A DNA stretch of 64,000 bases. Source: Pristiophorus japonicus. Lineage: Eukaryota. Positions within the stretch are counted from its first letter, which is position 1, and every line of letters begins with the position of its first letter. Where the stretch lies: the NCBI RefSeq assembly GCF_044704955.1, contig NC_091979.1, forward strand, positions 330,646,001 through 330,710,000, written 5' to 3'. A model generated the notes under the pieces. That model saw only the letters and a list, made by a program, of their open reading frames with translations, did not search any database and was not told the DNA's origin. The position numbers were made by a program, and so were the translations under genes. Positions 48,975 through 60,614 of the stretch are shown piece by piece.

Positions 48975-51881
48975 ATGAGGAAAAGTGTAGGGCAGAGAAA
49001 CCCAAGGCAAAGAACAAAAAGGGCCACTGTACAGCAAAATTCTAAAAGGACAAAGGGTGTTAATAAAACAAGCCTGAAGGCTTTGTGTCTTAATGCAAGG
49101 AGTATCCGCAATAAGGTGGATGAATTAATTGTGCAAATAGATGTTAACAAATATGATGTGATTGGGATTACGGAGACGTGGCTCCAGGATGATCAGGGCT
49201 GGGAACTCAACATTCAGGGGTATTCAACATTCAGGAAGGATAGAATAAAAGGAAAAGGAGGTGGGGTAGCATTGCTGGTTAAAGAGGAGATTAATGCAAT
49301 AGTTAGGAAAGACATTAGCTTGGATGATGTGGAATCTATATGGGTAGAGCTGCAGAACACCAAAGGGCAAAAAACGTTAGTAGGAGTTGTGTACAGACCT
49401 CCAAACAGTAATAGGGATGTTGGGGAGGGCATCAAACAGGAAATTAGGGGTGCATGCAATAAAGGTGTAGCAGTTATAATGGGTGACTTTAATATGCACA
49501 TAGATTGGGCTAGCCAAACTGGAAGCAATACGGTGGAGGAGGATTTCCTGGAGTGCATAAGGGATGGTTTTCTAGACCAATATGTTGAGGAACCAACTAG
49601 GGGGGAGGCCATCTTGGACTGGGTGTTGTGTAATGAGAGAGGATTAATTAGCAATCTCATTGTGCGAGGCCCCTTGGGGAAGAGTGACCATAATATGGTG
49701 GAATTCTGCATTAGGATGGAGAATGAAACAGTAAATTCAGAGACCATGGTCCAGAACTTAAAGAAGGGTAACTTTGAAGGTATGAGGCGAGAATTGGCTA
49801 GGATAGATTGGCGAATGATACTTAGGGGGTTGACTGTGGATGGGCAATGGCAGACATTTAGAGACCGCATGGATGAAGTACAACAATTGTACATTCCTGT
49901 CTGGCGTAAAAATAAAAAGGGGAAGGTGGCTCAACCGTGGCTATCTAGGGAAATCAGGGATAGTATTAAAGCCAAGGAAGTGGCATACAAATTGGCCAGA
50001 AATAGCAGCGAACCTGGGGACTGGGAGAAATTTAGAACTCAGCAGAGGAGGACAAAGGGTTTGATTAGGACAGGGAAAATGGAGTACGAGAAGAAGCTTG
50101 CAGGGAACATTAAGGCGGATTGCAAAAGTTTCTATAGGTATGTAAAGAGAAAAAGGTTGGTGAAGACAAACGTAGGTCCCCTGCAGTCAGAATCAGGGGA
50201 AGTCATAACGGGGAACAAAGAAATGGCGGATCAATTGAACAAGTACTTTGGTTCGGTATTCACTAAGGAGGATACAAACAACCTTCCGGATATAAAAGGG
50301 GTCAGAGGGTCTAGTAAGGAAGAGGAACTGAGGGAAATCTTTATTAGTCGGGAAATTGTGTTGGGGAAATTGATGGGATTGAAGGCAGATAAATCCCCAG
50401 GGCCTGATGGCCTGCATCCTAGAGTACTTAAGGAGGTGGCCTTGGAAATAGCGGATGCATTGACAGTCATTTTCCAACATTCCATTGACTCTGGATCAGT
50501 TCCTATGGAGTGGAGGGTAGCCAATGTAACCCCACTTTTTAAAAAAGGAGGGAGAGAGAAAACAGGGAATTATAGACCGGTCAGCCTGACCTCAGTAGTG
50601 GGTAAAATGATGGAATCAATTATTAAGGATGTCATAGCAGTGCATCTGGAAAATGGTGACATGATAGGTCCAAGTCAGCATGGATTTGTGAAAGGGAAAT
50701 CATGCTTGACAAATCTTCTGGAATTTTTTGAGGATGTTTCCAGTAAAGTGGACAAAGGAGAACCAGTTGATGTGGTATATTTGGACTTTCAGAAGGCTTT
50801 CGACAAGGTCCCACACAAGAGATTAATGTGCAAAGTTAAAGCACATGGGATTGGGGGTAGTGTGCTGACGTGGATTGAGAACTGGTTGTCAGACAGGAAG
50901 CAAAGAGTAGGAGTAAACGGGTACTTTTCAGAATGGCAGGCAGTGACTAGTGGAGTGCCGCAAGGTTCTGTGCTGGGGCCCCAGCTGTTTACATTGTACA
51001 TTAATGATTTAGACGAGGGGATTAAATGCAGTATCTCCAAATTTGCGGATGATACTAAGTTGGGTGGCAGTGTGAGCTGCGAGGAGGATGCTATTAGGCT
51101 GCAGAGTGACTTGGATAGGTTAGGTGAGTGGGCAAATGCATGGCAGATGAAGTATAATGTGGATAAATGTGAGGTTATCCACTTTGGTGGTAAAAACAGA
51201 GAGACAGACTATTATCTGAATGGTGACAGATTAGGAAAAGGGAAGGTGCAACGAGACCTGGGTGTCATGGTACATCAGTCATTGAAGGTTGGCATGCAGG
51301 TACAGCAGGCGGTTAAGAAAGCAAATGGCATGTTGGCCTTCATAGCGAGGGGATTTGAATACAGGGGCAGGGAGGTGTTGCTACAGTTGTACAGGGCCTT
51401 GGTGAGGCCACACCTGGAGTATTGTGTACAGTTTTGGTCTCCTAACTTGAGGAAGGACATTCTTGCTATTGAGGGAGTGCAGCGAAGGTTCACCAGACTG
51501 ATTCCCGGGATGGCGGGACTGACCTATCAAGAAAGATTGGATCAATTGGGCTTGTATTCACTGGAGTTCAGAAGAATGAGAGGGGACCTCATAGAAACGT
51601 TTAAAATTCTGACGGGTTTAGACAGGTTAGATGCAGAAAGAATGTTCCCAATGTTGGGGAAGTCCAGAACCAGGGGTCACAGTCTGAGGATAAGGGGTAA
51701 GCCATTTAGGACCGAGATGAGGAGAAACTTCTTCACCCAGAGAGTGGTGAACCTGTGGAATTCTCTACCACAGAAAGTAGTTGAGGCCAATTCACTAAAT
51801 ATATTCAAAAGGGAGTTAGACGAAGTCCTTACTACTCGGGGGATCAAGGGTTATGGCGAGAAAGCAGGAAGGGGGTACTGA
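48975..51881 (+). CDS. CR1 ORF2 (APE endonuclease plus reverse transcriptase), 968 aa
   Basis: [26 protein letters not shown] and FADD motifs, uninterrupted. The start codon is uncertain. Confidence 0.97.
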   Translation: MRKSVGQRNPRQRTKRATVQQNSKRTKGVNKTSLKALCLNARSIRNKVDELIVQIDVNKYDVIGITETWLQDDQGWELNIQGYSTFRKDRIKGKGGGVALLVKEEINAIVRKDISLDDVESIWVELQNTKGQKTLVGVVYRPPNSNRDVGEGIKQEIRGACNKGVAVIMGDFNMHIDWASQTGSNTVEEDFLECIRDGFLDQYVEEPTRGEAILDWVLCNERGLISNLIVRGPLGKSDHNMVEFCIRMENETVNSETMVQNLKKGNFEGMRRELARIDWRMILRGLTVDGQWQTFRDRMDEVQQLYIPVWRKNKKGKVAQPWLSREIRDSIKAKEVAYKLARNSSEPGDWEKFRTQQRRTKGLIRTGKMEYEKKLAGNIKADCKSFYRYVKRKRLVKTNVGPLQSESGEVITGNKEMADQLNKYFGSVFTKEDTNNLPDIKGVRGSSKEEELREIFISREIVLGKLMGLKADKSPGPDGLHPRVLKEVALEIADALTVIFQHSIDSGSVPMEWRVANVTPLFKKGGREKTGNYRPVSLTSVVGKMMESIIKDVIAVHLENGDMIGPSQHGFVKGKSCLTNLLEFFEDVSSKVDKGEPVDVVYLDFQKAFDKVPHKRLMCKVKAHGIGGSVLTWIENWLSDRKQRVGVNGYFSEWQAVTSGVPQGSVLGPQLFTLYINDLDEGIKCSISKFADDTKLGGSVSCEEDAIRLQSDLDRLGEWANAWQMKYNVDKCEVIHFGGKNRETDYYLNGDRLGKGKVQRDLGVMVHQSLKVGMQVQQAVKKANGMLAFIARGFEYRGREVLLQLYRALVRPHLEYCVQFWSPNLRKDILAIEGVQRRFTRLIPGMAGLTYQERLDQLGLYSLEFRRMRGDLIETFKILTGLDRLDAERMFPMLGKSRTRGHSLRIRGKPFRTEMRRNFFTQRVVNLWNSLPQKVVEANSLNIFKRELDEVLTTRGIKGYGEKAGRGY

Positions 51882-52657
51882 AGTTTCATGTTCAGCCATG
51901 AACTCATTGAATGGCGGTGCAGGCTAGAAGGGCTGAATGGCCTGCTCCTGCACCTATTTTCTATGTTTCTATGTTTCTAAAACCAAAACAAGAGATCGCC
52001 ATACACATATACGCAAACACTAAAGTGCACAAAATACGTCAGGCTATAGGCGAATATCGCATTAAAATGCACCCTTTGAACAGTCTCCCAACGATTGTAT
52101 TAAATAAATAATTTCTGATATAATATCTCACATTCCTCTATTCTGATGCCGCACACACACTGAATCAACGTTCTTATTTGGAAACTGATGCAAGTTAATT
52201 ATGTTCCGAACATTGACCGTCACAAATTAATCAAGATTATAACTCACATCCGGTGTCTTACCCTGTCCCCTTGACAATCTCCAAATAATTAGCTATGGAA
52301 AACTATTGTTAAAGTAATCAATATCATTCAGTAAACCTCCCTCGATATTACATCATACTATTCCCGAATGGTCGATCCTGTGACATTGATGCAAAATCAA
52401 TCAGCGTGTGACATTGAAGGAAAACTGTCATATGTTCCAACACGGACTATAGCAGGATCATAAAGGATGAGCGACTGTGGAATTAGGAACACAGATAGAT
52501 TGCTGAGAGTGATTAACTTAACACAGGACATACATTGTACATTAAATTAGAGAACAAACTAATATCTTAAGGAAAAGAAAAGACAATATATAATAATAAT
52601 ATGATATGTTGGATTAGCAAGCGATCTGAATATATTTCCTCCTCTATGGCCCCGCAG

Positions 52658-52785
52658 ATTCCTCAGATCACATCTGGAATGAAGAGTATGAGGACCAGAG
52701 CGGCAACATCTGGACAACCGCTTCCACATTCATCATCCTGTTTTTCCTGAGCATGTTCTACAGCGCTGCCGTCACTCTGGTGAAG
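52658..52785 (+). CDS. IGHM: IgM TM1 exon ([43 protein letters not shown])
   Basis: Acceptor at 52656-57, acidic spacer plus conserved antigen-receptor TM motif, donor GTGAG at 52786. Confidence 0.96.
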
Positions 52786-52926
52786 GTGAGAAGATTCAAT
52801 GCATTCGCTTCGAGCTGACTGAAGCGGTTTGACAAATCTCTAAACGTTTCATTGATAAAAAAAACCCTGAGATAAATTCCCCAAACCACTAAATCCCTGC
52901 TTTAATCTTTTATCCCTCTTTTACAG

Positions 52927-52935
52927 GTCAAGTGA
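52927..52935 (+). CDS. IGHM: IgM TM2 exon (VK*)
   Basis: Polypyrimidine tract, ACAG|GTC AAG TGA, giving the KVK tail. AATAAA at 52999. Confidence 0.93.
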   Translation, partial: VK

Positions 52936-53522
52936 TCGGCTGGATTTCGGCCGCCGTGGATTTTGCTCATCTGGTTATTTACATCACTGTGTCCTGAAAA
53001 TAAACTGTATCCTCTTGGTGATTCCCGGAGTCAATTGCCTTCAGTTTTTTCGTCTCCCTGTTGAAATGTGTGAGATAATCGTGGCTATAATGTAAATGTA
53101 TCTCGGAGTTTCATAATTGTTTGAATATCTCGTGTAAATAAGTCACTTTTCTCAATCATGATTGACAATTATTCCCTTCCCTTTATGTTGGGCCCCTGAT
53201 TCTCTCTCCCTGGTGTCTGTTGCAGTTGTACAGATAGCTGGCAGCTCAGACCGCCTGTGTTCCAGACTCAATGTGACGCTCATTTGTTATATTCAATTTG
53301 TGTTAACTTTTTAAAAACGTCTCTGTAAATTGTTCTCTGTGAAATTGTTAATAAATCTGGAATGATAAATGGAATATATTGGACTTTGCTGAGTTCCTTT
53401 CTCCAAGGCTCCTTCATACCGTGCCATTTCCCTATCACACTTTGTTTTATTTCCCTGAGAGTTACTCTTCACCCGTCCTGTCTGAGTTGTGTTGGAATCC
53501 AAGGCCTTTCGGTGGAGGAGCC

Positions 53523-53541
53523 ACTGCGCCACCTAGTGTCC
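53523..53541 (-). promoter_or_regulatory. Candidate CTCF site
   Basis: Minus strand reads GGACACTAGGTGGCGCAGT. Confidence 0.55.
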
Positions 53542-53717
53542 GATCAGTGTAACGACACATTTTCCCAGCCTTTTATGTCATGCTCCAGAGGCGAAATGAC
53601 TGCAGGGAGACCAGGCCGACCAGGCGGTCTCTTTTAATATTATGGACCTTCACGTGCCAAGTTATATTAAAGAGAAATACTCTGATCCATCACAGTCTGA
53701 TAGAGTATAGTACGTGT

Positions 53718-55978
53718 CAGAGTAAATCTCCCTCTACACTGTCCCATCAAACACTCCCAGGGCAGGTACAGCACGGGGTTAGATACAGAGTAAAGCTCCC
53801 TCTACACTGTCCCATCAAACACTCCCAGGGCAGGTACAGCACGGGGTTAGATACAGAGTAAAGCTCCCTCTACATTGTCCCATCAAACACTCCCAGGGCA
53901 GTTACAGGGGGTTAGATACAGAGTAAAGCTCCCTCTACACTGTCCCATCAAACACTCCCAGGGCAGGTACAGCACGGGTCAGATACAGAGTAAAGCTCCC
54001 ACACTGTCCCATCAAACACTCCCAGAGCAGGTATAGCACGGGTTAGATACAGAGTAAAGCTCCCTCTACACTGTCCCATCAAACACTCCCAGGGCATGTA
54101 CAGGGGGTTAGATACAGAGTAAAGCTCCTACACTGTCCCATCAAACACTCCCAGAGCAGGTATAGCACGGGTTAGATACAGAGTAAAGCTCCCTCTACAC
54201 TGTCCCATCAAACACTCCCAGGGCAGGTACAGCACAGGGTTAGATACAGAGTAAAGCTCCCTCTACACTGTCACATCAAACACTCCCAGGGCAGGTACAG
54301 CACGGGGTTAGATACAGAGTAAAGCTCCCTCTACATTGTCCCATCAAACACTCCCAGGGCAGTTACAGGGGGTTAGATACAGAGTAAAGCTCCCTCTGCA
54401 CTGTCCCATCAAACACTCCCAGGGCAGGTGCAGCACGAGGTTAGATACAGAGTAAAGCTCCCTCCACACTGTCCCATCAAACACTCCCAGGGCAGGTACA
54501 GCACGGGTTAGATACAGATTAAAGCTCCCTCCACACTGTCCCATCAAACACTCCCAAGGCAGGTACACGGGGTTAGATACAGAGAGGACAGTCCCATCTA
54601 CACTGTCCCATCAAACACTCCCAGGTCAGGTACAGCACGGGGTTAGATACAGAGTAAAGCTCCCTCTACATTGTCCCATCAAACACTCCCAGGGCAGGTA
54701 CAGCACGGGGTTAGATACAGAGTAAAGCTCCCTCTACACTGTCACATCAAACACTCCCAGGGCAGGTACAGGGGGTTAGATACAGAGTAAAGCTCCCTCT
54801 ACACTGTCCCATCAAACACTCCCAGGGCAGGTACAGGGGGTTAGATACAGAGTAAAGCTCCCTCTGCACTGTCCCATCAAACACTCCCAGGGCAGGTACA
54901 GCACGAGGTTAGATACAGAGTAAAGCTCCCTCCACACTGTCCCATCAAACACTCCCAGGGCAGGTACAGCACGGGTTAGATACAGATTAAAGCTCCCTCC
55001 ACACTGTCCCATCAAACACTCCCAGGGCAGGTACACGGGGTTAGATACAGAGAGGACAGTCCCATCTACACTGTCCCATCAAATACTCCCAGGTCAGGTA
55101 CAGCACGGGGTTAGATACAGAGTAAAGCTCCCTCTACATTGTCCCATCAAACACTCCTAGGGCAGGTACAGGGGGTTAGATACAGAGTAAAGCTCCCTCT
55201 GCACTGTCCCATCAAACACTCCCAGGGCAGGTACAGGGGGTTAGATACAGAGTAAAGCTCCCTCTACACTGTTCCATCAAGCACTCCCAGGGCAGGTACA
55301 GGGGGTTAGATACAGAGTAAAGCTCCTACACTGTCCCATCAAACACTCCCAGGGCAGGTACAGCACGGGGTTAGATACAGAGTAAAGCTCCCTCCACACT
55401 GTCCCATCAAACACTCCCAGGGCAGGTACAGCACGGGTTAGATACAGATTAAAGCTCCCTCCAGACTGTCCCATCAAACACTCCCAGGGCAGGTACAGGG
55501 GGTTAGATACAGAGAGGACAGTCCCATCTACACTGTCCCATCAAACACTCCCAGGGCAGGTGCAGCACGGGGTTAGATACAGAGTAAAGCTCCCTCTACA
55601 CTGTCCCATCAAACACTCCCAGGGCAGGTACAGGGGGTTAGATACAGAGTAAAGCTCCCTCTACACTGTCCCATCAAACACACCCAGGGCAGGTACAGGG
55701 GGTTAGATACAGAGTAAAGCGCCCTCTACACTGTCCCATCAAACACTCCCAGGGCAGGTACAGCACGGGGTTAGATACAGAGTAAAGCTCCCTCCACACA
55801 GTCCCATCAAACACTCCCAGGGCAGGTACAGCACGGGTTAGATACAGAGTAAAGCTCCCTCCACACTGTCCCATCAAACACTCCCAGGGCAGGTACAGGG
55901 GGTTAGATACAGAGAGGACAGTTCCATCTACACTGTCCCATCACACACTCCAAGGGCAGCTATAGCACGGATTAGATA
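53718..55978 (-). repeat. ~63-67-bp tandem repeat array, inverted relative to the 15.8 and 36.4 kb copies
   Basis: Reverse complement of the same unit, ~35 copies with higher-order blocks. Confidence 0.96.
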
Positions 55979-56071
55979 TGACCCAGACACTCCGGGGGGC
56001 ACAAACTCTGGGAATGATACCCAAAGCCTGGGGCCTATGAAACACACAGACAATCGCTCCATTTGTACTAT

Positions 56072-59000
56072 ACATAGACACATAGAAACATAGAAAATAG
56101 GTGCAGGAGTAGGCCATTCGGCCCTTCGAGCCTGCACCACCATTCAATGAGTTCATGGCTGAACATGCAACTTCAGTACCCCATTCATGCTTTCTCACCA
56201 TAACCCTTGATCCCCCGAGTAGTAAGGACTGCATCTAACTCCTGTTTAAATATATTTAGTGAATTGGCCTCAACAACTTTCAGTGGTCGAGAATTCCACA
56301 GGTTCACCACTCTCTGGGTGAAGACGTTTCTCCTCATCTCGGTCCTAAATTGTTTACCCCTTATCCTTAGACTGTGACCCCTGGTTCTGGACTTCCCCAA
56401 CATTGGGAACATTCTTCCTGCATCTAACCTGTCTAAACCCGTCAGAGTTTTAAATGTTTCTATGAGGTCCCCTCTCATTCTTCTGAACTCCAGTAAATAC
56501 AAGCCCAGTTGATCCAGTCTTTCTTGATAGGTCAGTGCCACCATCCCGGGAATCAGTCTGGTGAACCTTCGCTGCACTCCCTCAATAGCAAGAATGTCCT
56601 TCCTCAAGTTAGGAGACCAAAACTGTACACAATACTCCAGGTGTGGCCTCACCAAGGCCCTGTACAACTGTAGCAACACCTCCCTGCCCCTGTACACAAA
56701 TACACTTGCTATGAAGGCCAACATGCCATTTGCTTTCTTAACCGCCTACTGTACCTGCATGCCAACCTTCAATGACTGATGTACCATGACACTCAGGTCT
56801 CGTTGCACCTCCCCTTTTCCTAATCTGTCACCATTCAGATAATAGTCTGTCTCTCTGTTTTTACCACCAAAGTGGATAACCTCACATTTATCCACATTAT
56901 ACTTCATCTGCCATGCATTTGCCCACTCACCTAACCTATCCAAGTCACTCTGCAGCCTCATAGCATCCTCCTCGCAGCTCACACTACCACCCAACTTAGT
57001 GTCATCCGCAAATTTGGAGATACTACATTTAATCCCCTTGTCTCAATCATGAATGTACAGTGTAAACAGCTGGGGCCCCAGCACAGAACCTTGCGGTACC
57101 CCACTAGTCACTGCCTGCCATTCTGAAAAGTACCCATTTACTCCTACTCTTTGCTTCCTGTCTGACAACCAGTTCTTAATCCATGTCAGCACACTACCCC
57201 CAATCCCATGTGCTTTAACTTTGCACATTAATCTCTTGTGTGGGACCTTGTCGAAAGCCTTCTGAAAGTCCAAATATACCACATCAACTGGTTCTCCCTT
57301 GTCCACTCTACTGGAAACATCCTCAAAAATTCCAGAAGATTTGTCAAGCATGATTTCTCTTTCACAAATCCATGCTGACTTGGACCTATCATGTCACCTC
57401 TTTCCAAATGCGCTGCTATGACATCCTTAATAATTGATTCCATCATTTTACCCACTACCGATGTCAGGCTGACCGGTCTATAATTCCCTGTTTTCTCTCT
57501 CCCTCCTTTTTTAAAAGGTGGGGTTACTTTGGTGACACTCCATTCGATAGGAACTGATCCAGAGCCAATGGAATGTTGGAAAATGACTGTCAATGCATCC
57601 GCTATTTCCAAATCCACCTCCTTAAGTACTCTGGGATGCAGTCCATCAGGCCCTGGGGATTTATCGGCCTTCAATCCCATCAATTTCCCCAACACAATTT
57701 CCCGACTAATAAGGATTTCCTTCAGTTCCTCCTCTTTACTAGACCCTCTCACCCCTTTTATATCCGGAAGGTTGTTAGTGTCCTCCTTAGTGAATACCGA
57801 ACCAAAGTACTTGTTCAATTGGTCTGCCATTTCTTTGTTCCCCGTAATGACTTCCCCTGATTCTGACTGCAGGGGACCTATGTTTGTCTTTACTAATCTT
57901 TTTCTCTTTACATATCTATAGAAACTTTTGCAATCCGTCTTAATGTTCCCTGCAAGCTTCTTCTCGTACTCCATTTTCCCTGCCCTAATCAAACCCTTTG
58001 TCCTCCTCTGCTGAGTTCTAAATTTCTCCCAGTCCCCGGGTTCGCTGCTATTTCTGGCCAATTTGTATGCCACTTCCTTGGCTTTAATACTATCCCTGAT
58101 TTCCCTTGATAGCCACGGTTGAGCCACCTTCCCTTTTTTATTTTTACGCCAGACAGGGATGTACAATTGTTGTAGTTCATCCATGCGGTCTCTAAATGTC
58201 TGCCATTGCCCATCCACAATCAACCCCTTAAGTATCATTTGCCAATCTATCCTCGCCAATTCACGCCTCATACCTTCAAAGTTAGCCTTCTTTAAGTTCT
58301 GGACCATGGTCTCTGAATTAATTGTTTCATTCTCCATCCAAATGCAGAATTCCACCATATTATGGTCACTCTTCCCCAAGTGGCCTCGCACAACGAGATT
58401 GCTAATTAATTCTCTCTCATTACACAACACCCAGTCTAAGATGGCCTCCCCCCTAGTTGGTTCCTCGACATATTGGTCTAGAAAACCATCTCTTATAACT
58501 CCAGGAAATCCTCCTCCACCGTATTGCTTCCAGTTTGGTTAGCCCAATCAATGTGCATATTAAAGTCATCCATTATAACTGCTGCACCTTTATTGCATGC
58601 ACCCCTAATTTCTTGTTTGATGCCCACCCCAACATCACTACTACTGTTTGGAGGTCTGTACACAACTCCCACTAATGTTTTTTGCCCTTTGGTGTTCTGC
58701 AGCTCTACCCACATAGATTCCACACCATCCAAGCTAATGTCCTTCCTAACTATTGCATTAATCTCCTCTTTAACCAGCAATGCTACCCCACCTCCTTTTC
58801 CTTTTATTCTATCCTTCCTGAATGTTGAATACCCCTGGATGTTGAGTTCTCAGCCCTGATCATCCTGGAGCCATGTCTCTGTAATCCCAATCACATCATA
58901 TTTGTTAACATCTATTTGCAGTTAATTCATCCACCTTATTATGGATACTCCTTGCATTAAGACACAAAGCCTTCAGGCTTGTTTTTTTTAACACTCTTTG

Positions 59001-60455
59001 TCCTTTTAGAATTTTGCTGTACAGTGGCCCTTTTTGTTCTTTGCCTTGGGTTTCTCTGCCCTCTACTTCTCCTCATCTCCTTTCTGTCTTTTGCTTTTGT
59101 CTCCTTTTTGTTTCCATCTGTCTCCCTGCATTGGTTCCCATCCCCCTGCCATATTAGTTTAACTCCTCCCCAACAGCACTAGCAAACACTCTCCCAAGGA
59201 CATTGGTTCCGGTCCTGCCCAGGTGCAGAATGTCCGGTTTGTACTGGTCCCACCTCCCCCAGAACCGGTTCCAATGCCCCAGGAATTTGAATCCCTTCCT
59301 GCTACACCACTGCTCAAGCCACGTATTCATCTGCGCTATCCTGCGATTCCTACTCTGACTAGCACGTGGCACTGGTAGCAATCCCGAGATTACTACTTTT
59401 GAGGTCCTACTTTTTAATTTAGCTCCTAGCTCCTTAAATTCGTTTCGTAGGACCTCATCCCTTTTTTTACCTATGTCGTTGGTACCAATGTTCTCCCTCC
59501 CTTTTTAGAATGTCCTGCACCCGCTCCGAGACATCCTTGACCCTTGCACCAGGGAGGCAACATACCATCCTGAAGTCTCGGTTGCGGCTGCAGAAACGCC
59601 TATCTATTCCCCTTACAATTGAATCCCCTATCACTATCGCTCTCCCACTCTTTTTCCTGCCCTCCTATGCAACAGAGCCAGCCACGGTGCCATGAACTTG
59701 GCTGCTGCTGCCCTCCCCTGATGAGTCATCTCCCTCAACAGTACTCAAAGCAGTGTATCTGTTTTGCAGGGGGATGACAACAGGGGACCCCTGCACTACC
59801 TTCCTTGCACTGCTCTTCCTGCTGGTCTTCCATTCCCTAGCTGGCTGTGGACTCTTCTCCTGCGGTAAGACCAACTCGCTACACGTGCTACTCACATCAT
59901 TCCCAGCATCGTGGATGCTCCAGAATGAATCCACCCTCTGCTCCAATTCCGCAATGCGGTCCGTCAGGAGCTGGAGGCGGATACACTTCCCGCAGATGTA
60001 GTCGTCGGGGACACCGGAAGTGTCCCTGAGTTCCCACATGGTACAGGAGGAGCATATCACATGACCGAGCTCTCCTGCCATGATTTAACCCTTAGATACA
60101 CTTAAATTGGCAACAACAATGTTAAAAGTTACTGACTGATGTAAAAAAGAAAGAAAAAGAAAAGCTACTCACCAATCACCAGCCAATCACTTACCCCCTT
60201 GGCTGTGACGTCACCTTTTGATTTCTTTCTACTTCTTTTTTGCTTTCTCTCCCAGCTGGAGCTGTACAAGCCCCGCCCCCAACTCATTGCCCCGCCCCCA
60301 ACTCACTGCCCCGCCCCAACTCACTGCCCCGCCCCCAACTCATTGCCCCACCCCAACTCACTGCCCCGCCCCCAACTCACTGCCCCACCCCCAACTCCCG
60401 CCTCTCTCCCCGGACTGCCCGACTGCTGAGCCTTTATAGGCCGCTGCCTCTCTCG
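56072..60455 (-). mobile_element. Full-length but disrupted CR1 LINE (same family as 47.3-52.0 kb)
   Basis: ORF1 and ORF2 broken into minus-strand fragments by stops and frameshifts. G-rich ~20-bp 5' UTR repeats at 60270-60400. Confidence 0.95.
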
Positions 60456-60614
60456 ACGCACACAGATAGCCAAGAAAGAGACGAAAAGTGGAGGGACTTT
60501 ATTTGAGAGAGAGATGAGGGACCACACAGTGTCTGCAGGTACATTTGCAGCCTTCTGCCCGGTGAGCACCACAAAATACAGGCAATGAGATAGACAGGAA
60601 AAATCAAATTGTGA

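Larger units (their letters stand above)
47271..51978 (+). mobile_element. Full-length, apparently intact CR1 LINE in the Cmu4-TM1 intron
   Basis: Monomeric 5' UTR, open ORF1 and ORF2, 3' (TTTCTATG)n tail. Confidence 0.97.

Noticed and set aside
31546-53004. Calling the locus IgNAR, full IgW or TCR
   Set aside because: Four C exons with mu signatures, CH1 light-chain Cys, mu tailpiece and KVK tail indicate IgM constant regions.
53718-55978. CACTGTC in the 67-bp repeat as cryptic RSS, and its short ORFs
   Set aside because: No nonamer at either spacing. The ORFs are repeat translations.
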